This document shows, piece after piece, positions 55,615 through 63,785 of a stretch of DNA of 64,000 bases (position 1 is its first letter; every line of letters starts with the position of its first letter). The stretch spans positions 1 to 64,000 of IMG/VR virus record IMGVR_UViG_3300009184_000029. One strand, given 5' to 3'. A program made the position numbers and the translations under genes. Below the pieces are notes generated by a model. The model ran no database searches. It saw nothing but the letters and a program-made list of their open reading frames with translations, and had not been told where the DNA came from.

Positions 55615-55791
55615 ATGTACGTAATTTTAAAACACATTAAGAACAAAACTAACAAGGTTTTACCTGTTATTTTGGTCGACAACCAAAGTGAGATATTGGA
55701 ATTCAACTCATTAGACGAAGCTGAAAAAATGAGGGACATATTCCAAAAAAACTCAGATAGTGGTTATAAATATGAAGTGAAAAAAATATAA
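55615..55791 (+). CDS. Small hypothetical protein (58 aa, not in ORF track)
   Basis: Manual translation MYVILKHIK...LPVILVD..SEILEF...NSDSGYKYEVKKI*. Confidence 0.65.
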   Translation: MYVILKHIKNKTNKVLPVILVDNQSEILEFNSLDEAEKMRDIFQKNSDSGYKYEVKKI

Positions 55792-55819
55792 TTTCTTTTG
55801 TGAAATAGGAATTTATTTA

Positions 55820-55827
55820 TATATTTG
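55820..55827 (+). promoter_or_regulatory. Bacteroidota -7 box TATATTTG
   Basis: Upstream of ATG 55845. Confidence 0.6.
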
Positions 55828-55844
55828 TAGAAATAATTACCACT

Positions 55845-56741
55845 ATGAAAAACATACTATTCTACGCAACAATCATCACAATCTCATACTTAGTATTTGA
55901 TAAGTATACTACTGAAAACAATCCTTTGTTGAAAGCAAAGATTGAGCAGGTTGTAGAATCTAAAGTTCAAAAATTATACTCACCTGAAATTGACAATACT
56001 GAAGTATTATCAGATGTTGACAATGTAGTAGTTGTAGATAATGATGAGACATCTTATGTACAAAACAAAAATGGTGGTAGTGCTTACAAACTTGAGGGTA
56101 ACGTTGCAGTAGTTACAGTTTTCTTGACTGATGTTAATATGGGTTATGGAAACGAAAGTAAAGTGATGTCAAGTGTGAATAACGCTGAGCGTTGGTTGAA
56201 AACCAAAGCCGCTGAGTACGGGAAAGAAGTTAATTTCATCAACTACGAATATGGTAAGAGTAAGTTAGTTTCATTCAACACACCTCAAGGATGGTCAAGT
56301 GCGGGTAATTCATTCAGTTCTTACACCACATTACAAAAATTTGAAGATACTCCATCAGGAATTATTGATTTCGCAAAATCTCAGAACTGTGACCAAGTTG
56401 TTGTTTTGTTTGTATCTAACGGAAACGGACGTTCATACGCTATGGATAATTACTTAGCATCAAATGTGGTTTTAGACTACGATGTGATTTTCGCACCTAA
56501 CAATGTGGCAAATGAAACTCAAATTGCTCACGAAATGTTACACTTATTCGGAGCTGTTGATTTATATTCATTGAATGGTCAATCACAGGATAAGACCTCA
56601 ATGTTACCACAATTCAAAAGAGATATCATGGCTAATGTTTCTAACAACCTTTCAGTTACTGAATTCAGTCCATTCACCGCTTGGACAGTTGGTTTGACTT
56701 CTGAGAAAAATTCTAACTACGATATCTTGGCATCAAGATGA
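55845..56741 (+). CDS. Membrane-anchored/exported zinc metallopeptidase
   Basis: N-terminal signal anchor; IAHEMLHLFGAVDLY; DIM Met-turn. Confidence 0.75.
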   Translation: MKNILFYATIITISYLVFDKYTTENNPLLKAKIEQVVESKVQKLYSPEIDNTEVLSDVDNVVVVDNDETSYVQNKNGGSAYKLEGNVAVVTVFLTDVNMGYGNESKVMSSVNNAERWLKTKAAEYGKEVNFINYEYGKSKLVSFNTPQGWSSAGNSFSSYTTLQKFEDTPSGIIDFAKSQNCDQVVVLFVSNGNGRSYAMDNYLASNVVLDYDVIFAPNNVANETQIAHEMLHLFGAVDLYSLNGQSQDKTSMLPQFKRDIMANVSNNLSVTEFSPFTAWTVGLTSEKNSNYDILASR

Positions 56742-56829
56742 TTAAAAAGTGGATTATAAAAAATACAGTTTTCTTATTAACTTTAACCCTTATATTAGGT
56801 TATATCGTTAGAAAGTTAATTTAAGAAAT

Positions 56830-56906
56830 GCCCCCATAGCTCAGCTGGATAGAGCAACAACCTTCTAAGTTGTGGGTCACACGTTCGAATCGTGTTGGGG
56901 GTACCA
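56830..56906 (+). tRNA. tRNA-Arg(UCU)
   Basis: Acceptor GCCCCCA/TGGGGGT, D-arm AGCTCAGCTGGATAGAGC, anticodon arm ACAAC-CTTCTAA-GTTGT, TTCGAAT loop, encoded CCA. Confidence 0.97.
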
Positions 56907-56912
56907 TTTTTA

Positions 56913-57632
56913 TTAATGAGGAGCACTCACCAAGTAGTAATCACCTGTTTCTAATTCAGGTAGATAAGATTTTTTCACTTGGTTACCATAATTACTAACC
57001 ATAATAGATTTGTTCTTTTCCTTATCATGTATGATGTCAGAATCAATTCTTTCGTCTTCATCATATAATAATAATTTATCCATTAAATTTTTATCGTAAG
57101 ATATATAATACATTCCTCGTGTTTCATATTCATCGTAGTCATCAGTATATCCGTTTCCATCACATTCATAACACGTTTCATTACCTTGTCCTCCACAATT
57201 ATCACAAGTTACTTCACCATCCCCATCACAGTATCCACAATTATCCCCCTCATCGTCAGTACCATCTCCATTACATTCTGAACATTCAATTTCACCACTT
57301 GAGTCACAATCATTACAGTTTACGGTTCCATCACCACCACAATATTCACAACTTATTTGAGTGTAATTTGACTCTATTTCAGCAATATCAAATCTAAAAA
57401 TATTACTAACTATCGTTTCATAATATTTTTCATAATTTAAATCATCAAATGATATTGATAAAAGAAAACAAATAACAGATAACTCTTTATCATTAAAATT
57501 TCTAAAAAAATTTTGTAATAGATTATCTTTTCTAAAAAAATGAAATATATCATCTGCGGTTTTAATCTTATTTTTCAATAAGATTAATTTAACTCTATTA
57601 TTTACGTATTTTAATAGTTTATCCTTTTCCAT
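56913..57632 (-). CDS. Protein with DnaJ-type CxxCxGxG zinc-finger repeats, no J domain
   Basis: CEYCGGDG, CNDCDSSG, CSECNGDG, CGYCDGDG, CDNCGGQG, CYECDGNG. Confidence 0.75.
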   Translation of the reverse strand: MEKDKLLKYVNNRVKLILLKNKIKTADDIFHFFRKDNLLQNFFRNFNDKELSVICFLLSISFDDLNYEKYYETIVSNIFRFDIAEIESNYTQISCEYCGGDGTVNCNDCDSSGEIECSECNGDGTDDEGDNCGYCDGDGEVTCDNCGGQGNETCYECDGNGYTDDYDEYETRGMYYISYDKNLMDKLLLYDEDERIDSDIIHDKEKNKSIMVSNYGNQVKKSYLPELETGDYYLVSAPH

Positions 57633-57649
57633 ATATTTATAAATATATG
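57630..57649. promoter_or_regulatory. Perfect 20-bp palindrome holding two divergent TATTTATA boxes and both start codons
   Basis: CATATATTTATAAATATATG equals its own reverse complement. Confidence 0.75.
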
Positions 57650-58414
57650 AAAGAGTTGTTATCTGAGGAAATTCAAAAATTTAACAAATTATCTAAATTC
57701 AGTTTTGTTAATGAAGGCGCAAATGCATCTTCATTACGTTCACATGTCGAATCTTTAGGATATAGTAGTAAATCGACTATGGATGAGTCAGGTGACTTAA
57801 ATGGTGACTTAGTTGAGGTTTTGAAAAAATTGGCAACAATGGTTAAAAAGTATAAACCTGATGTTAAATTAAAATTTGGTTCAGGTAACGATAAATTTCA
57901 TAGAAGATTACGTTATGTTAGTAGACATACTAAAGGAGAGGCGGTTGATGTTACAATAGATTCACAAAATTCAAAACTTATTGATGAATTAAATAAATTA
58001 TTTTGTTATATCAGAAAAGAAAACGATGGTTTTAGTTTTATAGATGAGTATAACCATCCATCTAAAGCTTCAACAGGTGGACACTATCATTTTTCATTTA
58101 GAGCTGGAAAACCTGAAGACACAAGAAGTACAAAGTCAATTTGTTCAGGAGTTGATTTATCAGAATTTGATGATTTTAAAGATATATCAAACATTGACGA
58201 TGGTGAATATAAGGATAAGAAAATGAAAGATTTAATTTCTAAAATTTCAGATGAATATGAAAAACCTGAATCTGAGGTTGAATCAAAAATAAAGGAAAAA
58301 CAAAAAACTGAAGGTAATGATTTTATAGAATCATTATTTAAGATGTTTATGGATGAGATTCCTCTTGAAGAAAAAATTAATGAGAGTCTTAAAAGAATGA
58401 AAAAATTAATGTAA
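57647..58414 (+). CDS. M15/Hedgehog-fold peptidase with leader
   Basis: SRHTKGEAVDV and GGHYHFSF zinc motifs; LLSEEIQKF leader; C-terminal KINESLKRMKKL. Confidence 0.7.
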   Translation: MKELLSEEIQKFNKLSKFSFVNEGANASSLRSHVESLGYSSKSTMDESGDLNGDLVEVLKKLATMVKKYKPDVKLKFGSGNDKFHRRLRYVSRHTKGEAVDVTIDSQNSKLIDELNKLFCYIRKENDGFSFIDEYNHPSKASTGGHYHFSFRAGKPEDTRSTKSICSGVDLSEFDDFKDISNIDDGEYKDKKMKDLISKISDEYEKPESEVESKIKEKQKTEGNDFIESLFKMFMDEIPLEEKINESLKRMKKLM

Positions 58415-58974
58415 TGAAAAAACCATTTAACTTTTTTAAATCATATGATGAAATGGAATCAACAACTTTCATCCCATATAGTAAAACAAAAACTAAAGTT
58501 GTTAGTATGTTTGATGGTGTTGTTTCTAGTATTGATTTAGATAAAAAAGTAAAATTAACAACTGAACATGATATTAACGGGTTTGAATTTGATATTGAGT
58601 ATGTTAACGACACTGAAGACGAATATTCTACACCTGATATTAAGGTAAATAAAAAAAGTAAAGTTAGTGAAGGAGAGACTTTATTTTTTATGTCACCTGA
58701 TGTTAATTTAACTGTAACATTTATTGTTGGATTCTCAAAGTACAATTTTGAAAATTTTGTATCAAAATATAAAAATAAAATTGATGTTAAGGATGATAAA
58801 AAGGAGGATAAAGAAGATAAAGGAAAAGAAAACAATTTAACTGCACCTGGTAGTTTAAATTCTTTTTTTGATGAGTTACTTTTAAAACCGATTTTAAATC
58901 CATTGTCAGGTAAGAAACCTATTGAAGAGAATATAAAAGAGGATTTAGAAAGATTTAAAAAACTAATAAAATAA
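58414..58974 (+). CDS. Degenerate M23-like domain protein
   Basis: VVSMFDGVV...TTEH...KVSEGETL; C-terminal IEENIKEDLERFKKL. Confidence 0.5.
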   Translation: MKKPFNFFKSYDEMESTTFIPYSKTKTKVVSMFDGVVSSIDLDKKVKLTTEHDINGFEFDIEYVNDTEDEYSTPDIKVNKKSKVSEGETLFFMSPDVNLTVTFIVGFSKYNFENFVSKYKNKIDVKDDKKEDKEDKGKENNLTAPGSLNSFFDELLLKPILNPLSGKKPIEENIKEDLERFKKLIK

Positions 58975-58997
58975 AAAAGGGACGTAAGTCCCTTTTT
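58973..58997. terminator. Bidirectional terminator
   Basis: AAAAAAGGGAC-GTAA-GTCCCTTTTT between 58974 and the tmRNA 3' end. Confidence 0.85.
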
Positions 58998-59000
58998 ATA

Positions 59001-59394
59001 TGGTGGAGATGCCGGGGGTCGAACCCGGGTCCAAAAAAGTTTACCATAAAACACTACACGCTTAGGTTATTGTTTTTCTAAACAATCCAAAACTTCACAA
59101 TTCCCTTATTTTATAGTGGTTCGGTTTACTGAGAACTAATCCTCCACTTTGTTTCTTTTTGGGTAGAAACCACACCACAACTACGACTTCTGTTGCAAGG
59201 TTGTATGTCTGCCGACCCCTAGTAGGTTAATCCTAGATTAAGCTACAGATACTTCTTCAGTACGGATTAAACCGATTGTAGAAAGTTTGTTGATAACGTT
59301 GCCGTTTGTAATTTGAACCAGTTTAACGGAGTTAATTCAGCTCCGGCGTGCGTTTTATGACTAATCCATTCCTGTCAAAGCCAAAAACATCCCC
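59001..59394 (-). ncRNA. ssrA: tmRNA; predicted tag reading frame 59303-59238 GNVINKLSTIGLIRTEEVSVA*
   Basis: 5' GGGGATGTTTTTGGCTTTGACAGG; 3' CCCGGGTTCGACCCCCGGCATCTCCACCA; acceptor GGGGATG/CATCTCC with G-U; 394 nt. Confidence 0.93.
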
Positions 59395-59415
59395 ATAAAT
59401 CAAAGAACTATTGTA

Positions 59416-59423
59416 CAAATATA
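59416..59423 (-). promoter_or_regulatory. Bacteroidota -7 box TATATTTG for the tmRNA
   Basis: About 21 nt upstream of the mature tmRNA 5' end. Confidence 0.6.
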
Positions 59424-59467
59424 TAAATATATTCTTAAATACACAACTATTTATTTTAAAATATTAC

Positions 59468-60541
59468 ATGTCATTATATTATAAATTAATTGATTTTAGG
59501 GATGGTAAAATTGATAGTACTGACCTTAGACGTTCGGACGATAGTGGAGTATTAAGAGTTGGTTCAGTTACTAATAATCGAAGTAGAAGTTTAATAACTT
59601 TAAATTTTGATAATTTAGACTACTTTAAAATAATATTTCCTAATGACGATAATAATAATTCGTATATAATAAATTTTTTGTTTAGTTATTATGGAGGTGG
59701 TGGTAGTTTATTTTTAGATGATTACTATTTTAATGATGAAGAGTGGGATGAGGGTTATATTTATGATTATTTTTCAGAAGAAAATAAAAAATTATTCAAA
59801 GACATTTTATTAAAAATTTCGCCAAAAAACGCAATATTACTTAGTGATAGTGAAAATCGTAGAGAACCTTTTATTTTTATTAAAAATAATTTTGAACGTT
59901 ATGTCGACGACATTGTTTCGGAATATGCTCATTATTATGATGAATGTTTACAGGAAGGTGCAAAAAAATATATCTTAAATAAGTCATGTAATGTATTAAC
60001 TAATTTTGGAATATTCACAAAATCATGTGCATCAAAATATTTCACAACGGTAGGTAATTTAATAAAATTATGGGATAATTCTTCAGTTAATAAGGATATT
60101 GATTCATTTATAGATTTTTTGGGAGAATTTGTTGAAGAAAATAATTTACATATTGATGAGGATTTATGGGAGGACTATTACTCTTATTATGATTCTATGA
60201 ACTTTGACAGTGAAGGGTTTAATAGTAGGGTAAATAGGTATTTAGAACAAATATCTGACAAGGTTGATGAAGATTTAGATTCGGAGGTTTTCCAAAAAAA
60301 CATTGAGCTAAGTGAACTAATGAGTAAACTAGATTATAAATTTGGAGCTTGGTACAATTTTCCAAAAAGTAAAAATTTTGGTGAAAAATATGATTATATA
60401 TTTAGAATTGATGTGATTGATAACGGTAAAATAGAATGTGTGTTTAAAAGAAGAGGTGATACTTATGAATCTATTGAAAGATTTAAAATGACCAAAGAAG
60501 AATTTACTAATTTTTTAAACCATCCTGAGCTTTTTAGTTAA
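59468..60541 (+). CDS. Conserved hypothetical acidic protein
   Basis: Start reassigned; ends FTNFLNHPELF. Confidence 0.65.
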   Translation: MSLYYKLIDFRDGKIDSTDLRRSDDSGVLRVGSVTNNRSRSLITLNFDNLDYFKIIFPNDDNNNSYIINFLFSYYGGGGSLFLDDYYFNDEEWDEGYIYDYFSEENKKLFKDILLKISPKNAILLSDSENRREPFIFIKNNFERYVDDIVSEYAHYYDECLQEGAKKYILNKSCNVLTNFGIFTKSCASKYFTTVGNLIKLWDNSSVNKDIDSFIDFLGEFVEENNLHIDEDLWEDYYSYYDSMNFDSEGFNSRVNRYLEQISDKVDEDLDSEVFQKNIELSELMSKLDYKFGAWYNFPKSKNFGEKYDYIFRIDVIDNGKIECVFKRRGDTYESIERFKMTKEEFTNFLNHPELFS

Positions 60542-60549
60542 TTTTTCAC

Positions 60550-60557
60550 TATCTTTG
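60550..60557 (+). promoter_or_regulatory. Bacteroidota -7 box TATCTTTG
   Basis: 4 nt before ATG 60562. Confidence 0.65.
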
Positions 60558-60561
60558 TATT

Positions 60562-61374
60562 ATGATTGAAAACTTAGATTTCCTTAAACAGGTACTTTCC
60601 GTGCCAACCCATTCATTTCAAGAAGACGAAATGATTGAATTTTTAATTCAACACCTAACATCTAAAAAAATAAAATTTAAAGTAGATGAAATGGGTAACA
60701 TTTATGTGACAAAGGGAGAAATTTCTGATGGGGAATATTATCCATGTGTTGTTGCTCACACCGACACAGTACACCCAATAGATACTATCAATATTAATGA
60801 AGAATATTTGTTAGATTCTAAAGGAAATAAAAGTTTAAGTCTGAAAGCTTATAATGACAGTGGAAATCCTACAGGTATTGGAGGTGATGATAAATGTGGA
60901 GTATTTGCGTGTTTACAATTATTAGATGAATTGGACGTAATAAAAGTTGCGTTTTTTGTATCTGAAGAAGTTGGTTGTATTGGGTCAAAAAATGCTGATG
61001 AAAATTTCTTTAAAGACGTGGGATATGCAATTCAATTTGATGCTCCAAATGACTATATGGTTACTGAATATTGTTTTGGGGTTAAACTTTTTGAAACTGA
61101 CTCTATATTCCATAATTCGGCAAAAAAAGTTTTAAATGAAAACATGTTGTCAACTCCGAAGTTTGAAAAACATCCGTATACTGATGTTTGGCAATTAAAG
61201 AAAAAGTTTGATTTTTCATGTATCAATCTTTCAGTTGGTTACCACAGTTACCACACAAAAAATGAATATGTTGTTGTTGAAGAAGTATTAGCTGGACTTA
61301 AATCAGGATTACTCTTGATACAGGAGTTAGGTAATAAAAAGTACAAATACGTTAACGAAAAATTTGTTCTATAA
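60562..61374 (+). CDS. M20/M28/M42-clan metallopeptidase
   Basis: CVVAHTDTV, GGDDKCG, SEEVG, QFD, GYHSYH. Confidence 0.85.
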   Translation: MIENLDFLKQVLSVPTHSFQEDEMIEFLIQHLTSKKIKFKVDEMGNIYVTKGEISDGEYYPCVVAHTDTVHPIDTININEEYLLDSKGNKSLSLKAYNDSGNPTGIGGDDKCGVFACLQLLDELDVIKVAFFVSEEVGCIGSKNADENFFKDVGYAIQFDAPNDYMVTEYCFGVKLFETDSIFHNSAKKVLNENMLSTPKFEKHPYTDVWQLKKKFDFSCINLSVGYHSYHTKNEYVVVEEVLAGLKSGLLLIQELGNKKYKYVNEKFVL

Positions 61375-61401
61375 AAAAAGGGGAAGTTATTCCCCTTTTT
61401 T
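61373..61401. terminator. Bidirectional terminator
   Basis: AAAAAAAGGGGAA-GTTA-TTCCCCTTTTTT. Confidence 0.8.
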
Positions 61402-63432
61402 CTTTCTTGTTTTCTTTTGTTTTTCAGAGTCTTTTATTAATACCTCTTCTGATTCATTAATAGAAATTTCATATTCTTTATCTATTACGATATTATTTTT
61501 CAAAACTTCATCTGAAATAAAATCTTCGATTTTTTCTTGTATTGCTCTTTTTAGAGGTCTTGCTCCATACACTTCATCAAATCCAATTTTTGAAATAAAG
61601 TCGATTACAGTTTGGTCAAATTTAATTTTATACCCAAGACTTTCCAATCTATTCTTTAATATAGAAACTTCAGAATAAACAATTTTTTGAACGTCACTAT
61701 CTTGTAAGGTATTAAATATAATTGTTTCATCTAATCTGTTAATGAACTCAGGTGCAAAATAATTTTTAAGTTCTTTTGTTAAAACACTCTTTTTTGCCTC
61801 TTCATTTTTATATACGTTATTACTTGTACCGAATCCAATACCTGAACCAAACTCCTGCATTTTTTTAACTCCAATATTTGAGGTCATGATAATTAAACAG
61901 TTTTTAAAATTAATCTTTCTACCAAAACTATCTGTCATATACCCCTCATCTAAAAGTTGTAATAACGCTGAGAATATATCTTTATGTGCTTTCTCAACCT
62001 CATCGAATAATACAACTGAATATGGTTTTGTTTTAACTTGTTCAGTTAATTGACCACCTTCTTCATACCCAATATAACCAGGAGGTGAACCTATTAATCT
62101 TGAAACACTGTGTTTTTCTTGGAATTCACTCATGTCAACCCTGATTAAATTATTATCACTTCCAAAAATTTGTTTTGCAAGTTCTTTGGCGAGTAATGTT
62201 TTACCAACACCTGTCGAACCTAAAAATATGAATGAACCAATTGGTTTGTTAGGGTCTTTAATACCTAAACGATTTCTTCTTATCGATTTTGAAATTTTTT
62301 GAATCGCTTCTTTTTGACCAATGACAGATTTATTTAATTCTTCTTCCAAATTAATTAAAGCATTTTTATCATCCAAAGTTAATTTTGTCAAAGGTATTTT
62401 TGTCATCATTGATACTACCTCATAAACTAATTCATCTGAAATATCTTTTCTATTATTCAATAAATCCTGTTCAAATTTCTTTTTTTCAGTTTCTAATTGT
62501 CCAATAATCTTTTTTTCTTTGTCCCTAAGACTTGCGGCCTCTTCATAATTTTGTTTCTTAACAACTGTTATTTTGAGTTGTCTAATTTCCTGAGCTTTCT
62601 TTTTTAATTCCTCAATAATTTCAGGATTCTTAACATCAACCTGTGCTCTTGCTCCAACTTCGTCTAATATATCAAACGCTTTATCAGGAAATTCTCTATC
62701 TGTAATATATCTTTCCGCTAAATCGACACAAATTTGTAAAATTTCATCAGAATATTTTACTTTATGGTAATTTTCATATTTGTCCCTAACATTTTTTAAT
62801 ATTTGTAAAGTTTCATCTTTTGTGGATGAATTAACAATTACTTTTTGAAATCTTCTATCTAAAGCACCATCCTTTTCAATTTGTTTTTTGTATTCATCTA
62901 AAGTTGTTGCACCAATACATTGAATTTCTCCTCTTGATAATGCAGGTTTTAAAATATTAGATGCGTCTAAGGTACCTGAAGCGTTACCCGCTCCAACTAT
63001 AGTATGAATCTCATCAATGAATAATATTACGTTTGGATTTGCTTGAATTTCCTCCAATATCACCTTCAATCTTTCTTCAAATTGTCCTCTATATTTAGTA
63101 CCGGCAACAACTGAATTTAATTCTAACGATAAAATTCTTTTATCTAATAGATTTCGTGGGCAATCTCCTTCAAATATTTTCATTGCCAATCCCTCAACAA
63201 TTGCGGTTTTACCACACCCTGGTTCTCCAATAATAATTGGGTTATTCTTTTTACGTCTAGATAAAATTTGCGCAATTCTAACTATTTCAGTCTCCCTACC
63301 AATTACAGGGTCCAATTTACCTTCTTCCGCAAGTTTGATTAAATCCTTACTGAAGTTATCTAAAACTGGTGTTTGTGAACCACTATCATTATTTTTTGAA
63401 GGTTTAGAACCTTCCCCGATTGAATCTGTCAT
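61387..63432 (-). CDS. clpC: ClpC-like Hsp100 AAA+ ATPase lacking the N-terminal repeat domain
   Basis: LDPVIGR, GEPGCGKT, KYRGQFEER, FIDEIH; UVR-like NYEEAASLRDKE; GSTGVGKT, DEVEKAH, IGF loop, YGARPLKRAI. Confidence 0.9.
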   Translation of the reverse strand: MTDSIGEGSKPSKNNDSGSQTPVLDNFSKDLIKLAEEGKLDPVIGRETEIVRIAQILSRRKKNNPIIIGEPGCGKTAIVEGLAMKIFEGDCPRNLLDKRILSLELNSVVAGTKYRGQFEERLKVILEEIQANPNVILFIDEIHTIVGAGNASGTLDASNILKPALSRGEIQCIGATTLDEYKKQIEKDGALDRRFQKVIVNSSTKDETLQILKNVRDKYENYHKVKYSDEILQICVDLAERYITDREFPDKAFDILDEVGARAQVDVKNPEIIEELKKKAQEIRQLKITVVKKQNYEEAASLRDKEKKIIGQLETEKKKFEQDLLNNRKDISDELVYEVVSMMTKIPLTKLTLDDKNALINLEEELNKSVIGQKEAIQKISKSIRRNRLGIKDPNKPIGSFIFLGSTGVGKTLLAKELAKQIFGSDNNLIRVDMSEFQEKHSVSRLIGSPPGYIGYEEGGQLTEQVKTKPYSVVLFDEVEKAHKDIFSALLQLLDEGYMTDSFGRKINFKNCLIIMTSNIGVKKMQEFGSGIGFGTSNNVYKNEEAKKSVLTKELKNYFAPEFINRLDETIIFNTLQDSDVQKIVYSEVSILKNRLESLGYKIKFDQTVIDFISKIGFDEVYGARPLKRAIQEKIEDFISDEVLKNNIVIDKEYEISINESEEVLIKDSEKQKKTRKKKGE

Positions 63433-63521
63433 AAATATTTTTTTAAAATTTTAGTAATAAAATTCATAAAATTCAATGATTAACTTTCTTAAAAAAATTA
63501 TTATATTTAAAATAAAAAAGT

Positions 63522-63764
63522 ATGGCAATCAAAAGAGAAATAATCGAAGGGACAAAAATAATTTGTGAAATCGAATCATCGAACATTGAAAAGACTACCT
63601 ATGATACCCAATCTAAGAAATTAGTAGTCGAGTTTAAAAATAATGTTGAGTACGAATATGAGGACGTACCACATCAATTGTATACACAGTTTAGAATATC
63701 TGAATCTCAAGGGGCTTTTTTCAATAAAAACATTTCAAAAAATTTTAAATATAAAAGATTGTAA
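63522..63764 (+). CDS. KTSC domain protein
   Basis: ESSNIEKTTYD...LVVEFKNN.EYEYEDVP...ESQGAFFNKNI. Confidence 0.88.
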   Translation: MAIKREIIEGTKIICEIESSNIEKTTYDTQSKKLVVEFKNNVEYEYEDVPHQLYTQFRISESQGAFFNKNISKNFKYKRL

Positions 63765-63785
63765 TAAATCGTATATTTATAATTT

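Noticed and set aside
1955-59468. Long N-terminal extensions in the ORF track (e.g. MLKTPLEKVGFFIY, MGFLLYICP, MFLEVFIY, MLPYICG, MKKPHKFVRFFF)
   Set aside because: They translate terminators and promoter boxes (LYIC = TTATATATTTGT, VFI = GTATTTATT); starts were moved to the downstream Met.
1747-61678. Many ORF-track entries antisense to or nested in longer genes (e.g. 1747-1947, 13427-13684, 18364-18675, 27322-27720, 31117-31509, 41359-41799, 47840-48133, 51350-51652, 57119-57397, 58389-59054, 61364-61678)
   Set aside because: Shadow frames of well-supported genes; biased Phe/Ser/Ile or His-rich composition, no promoter boxes or motifs.
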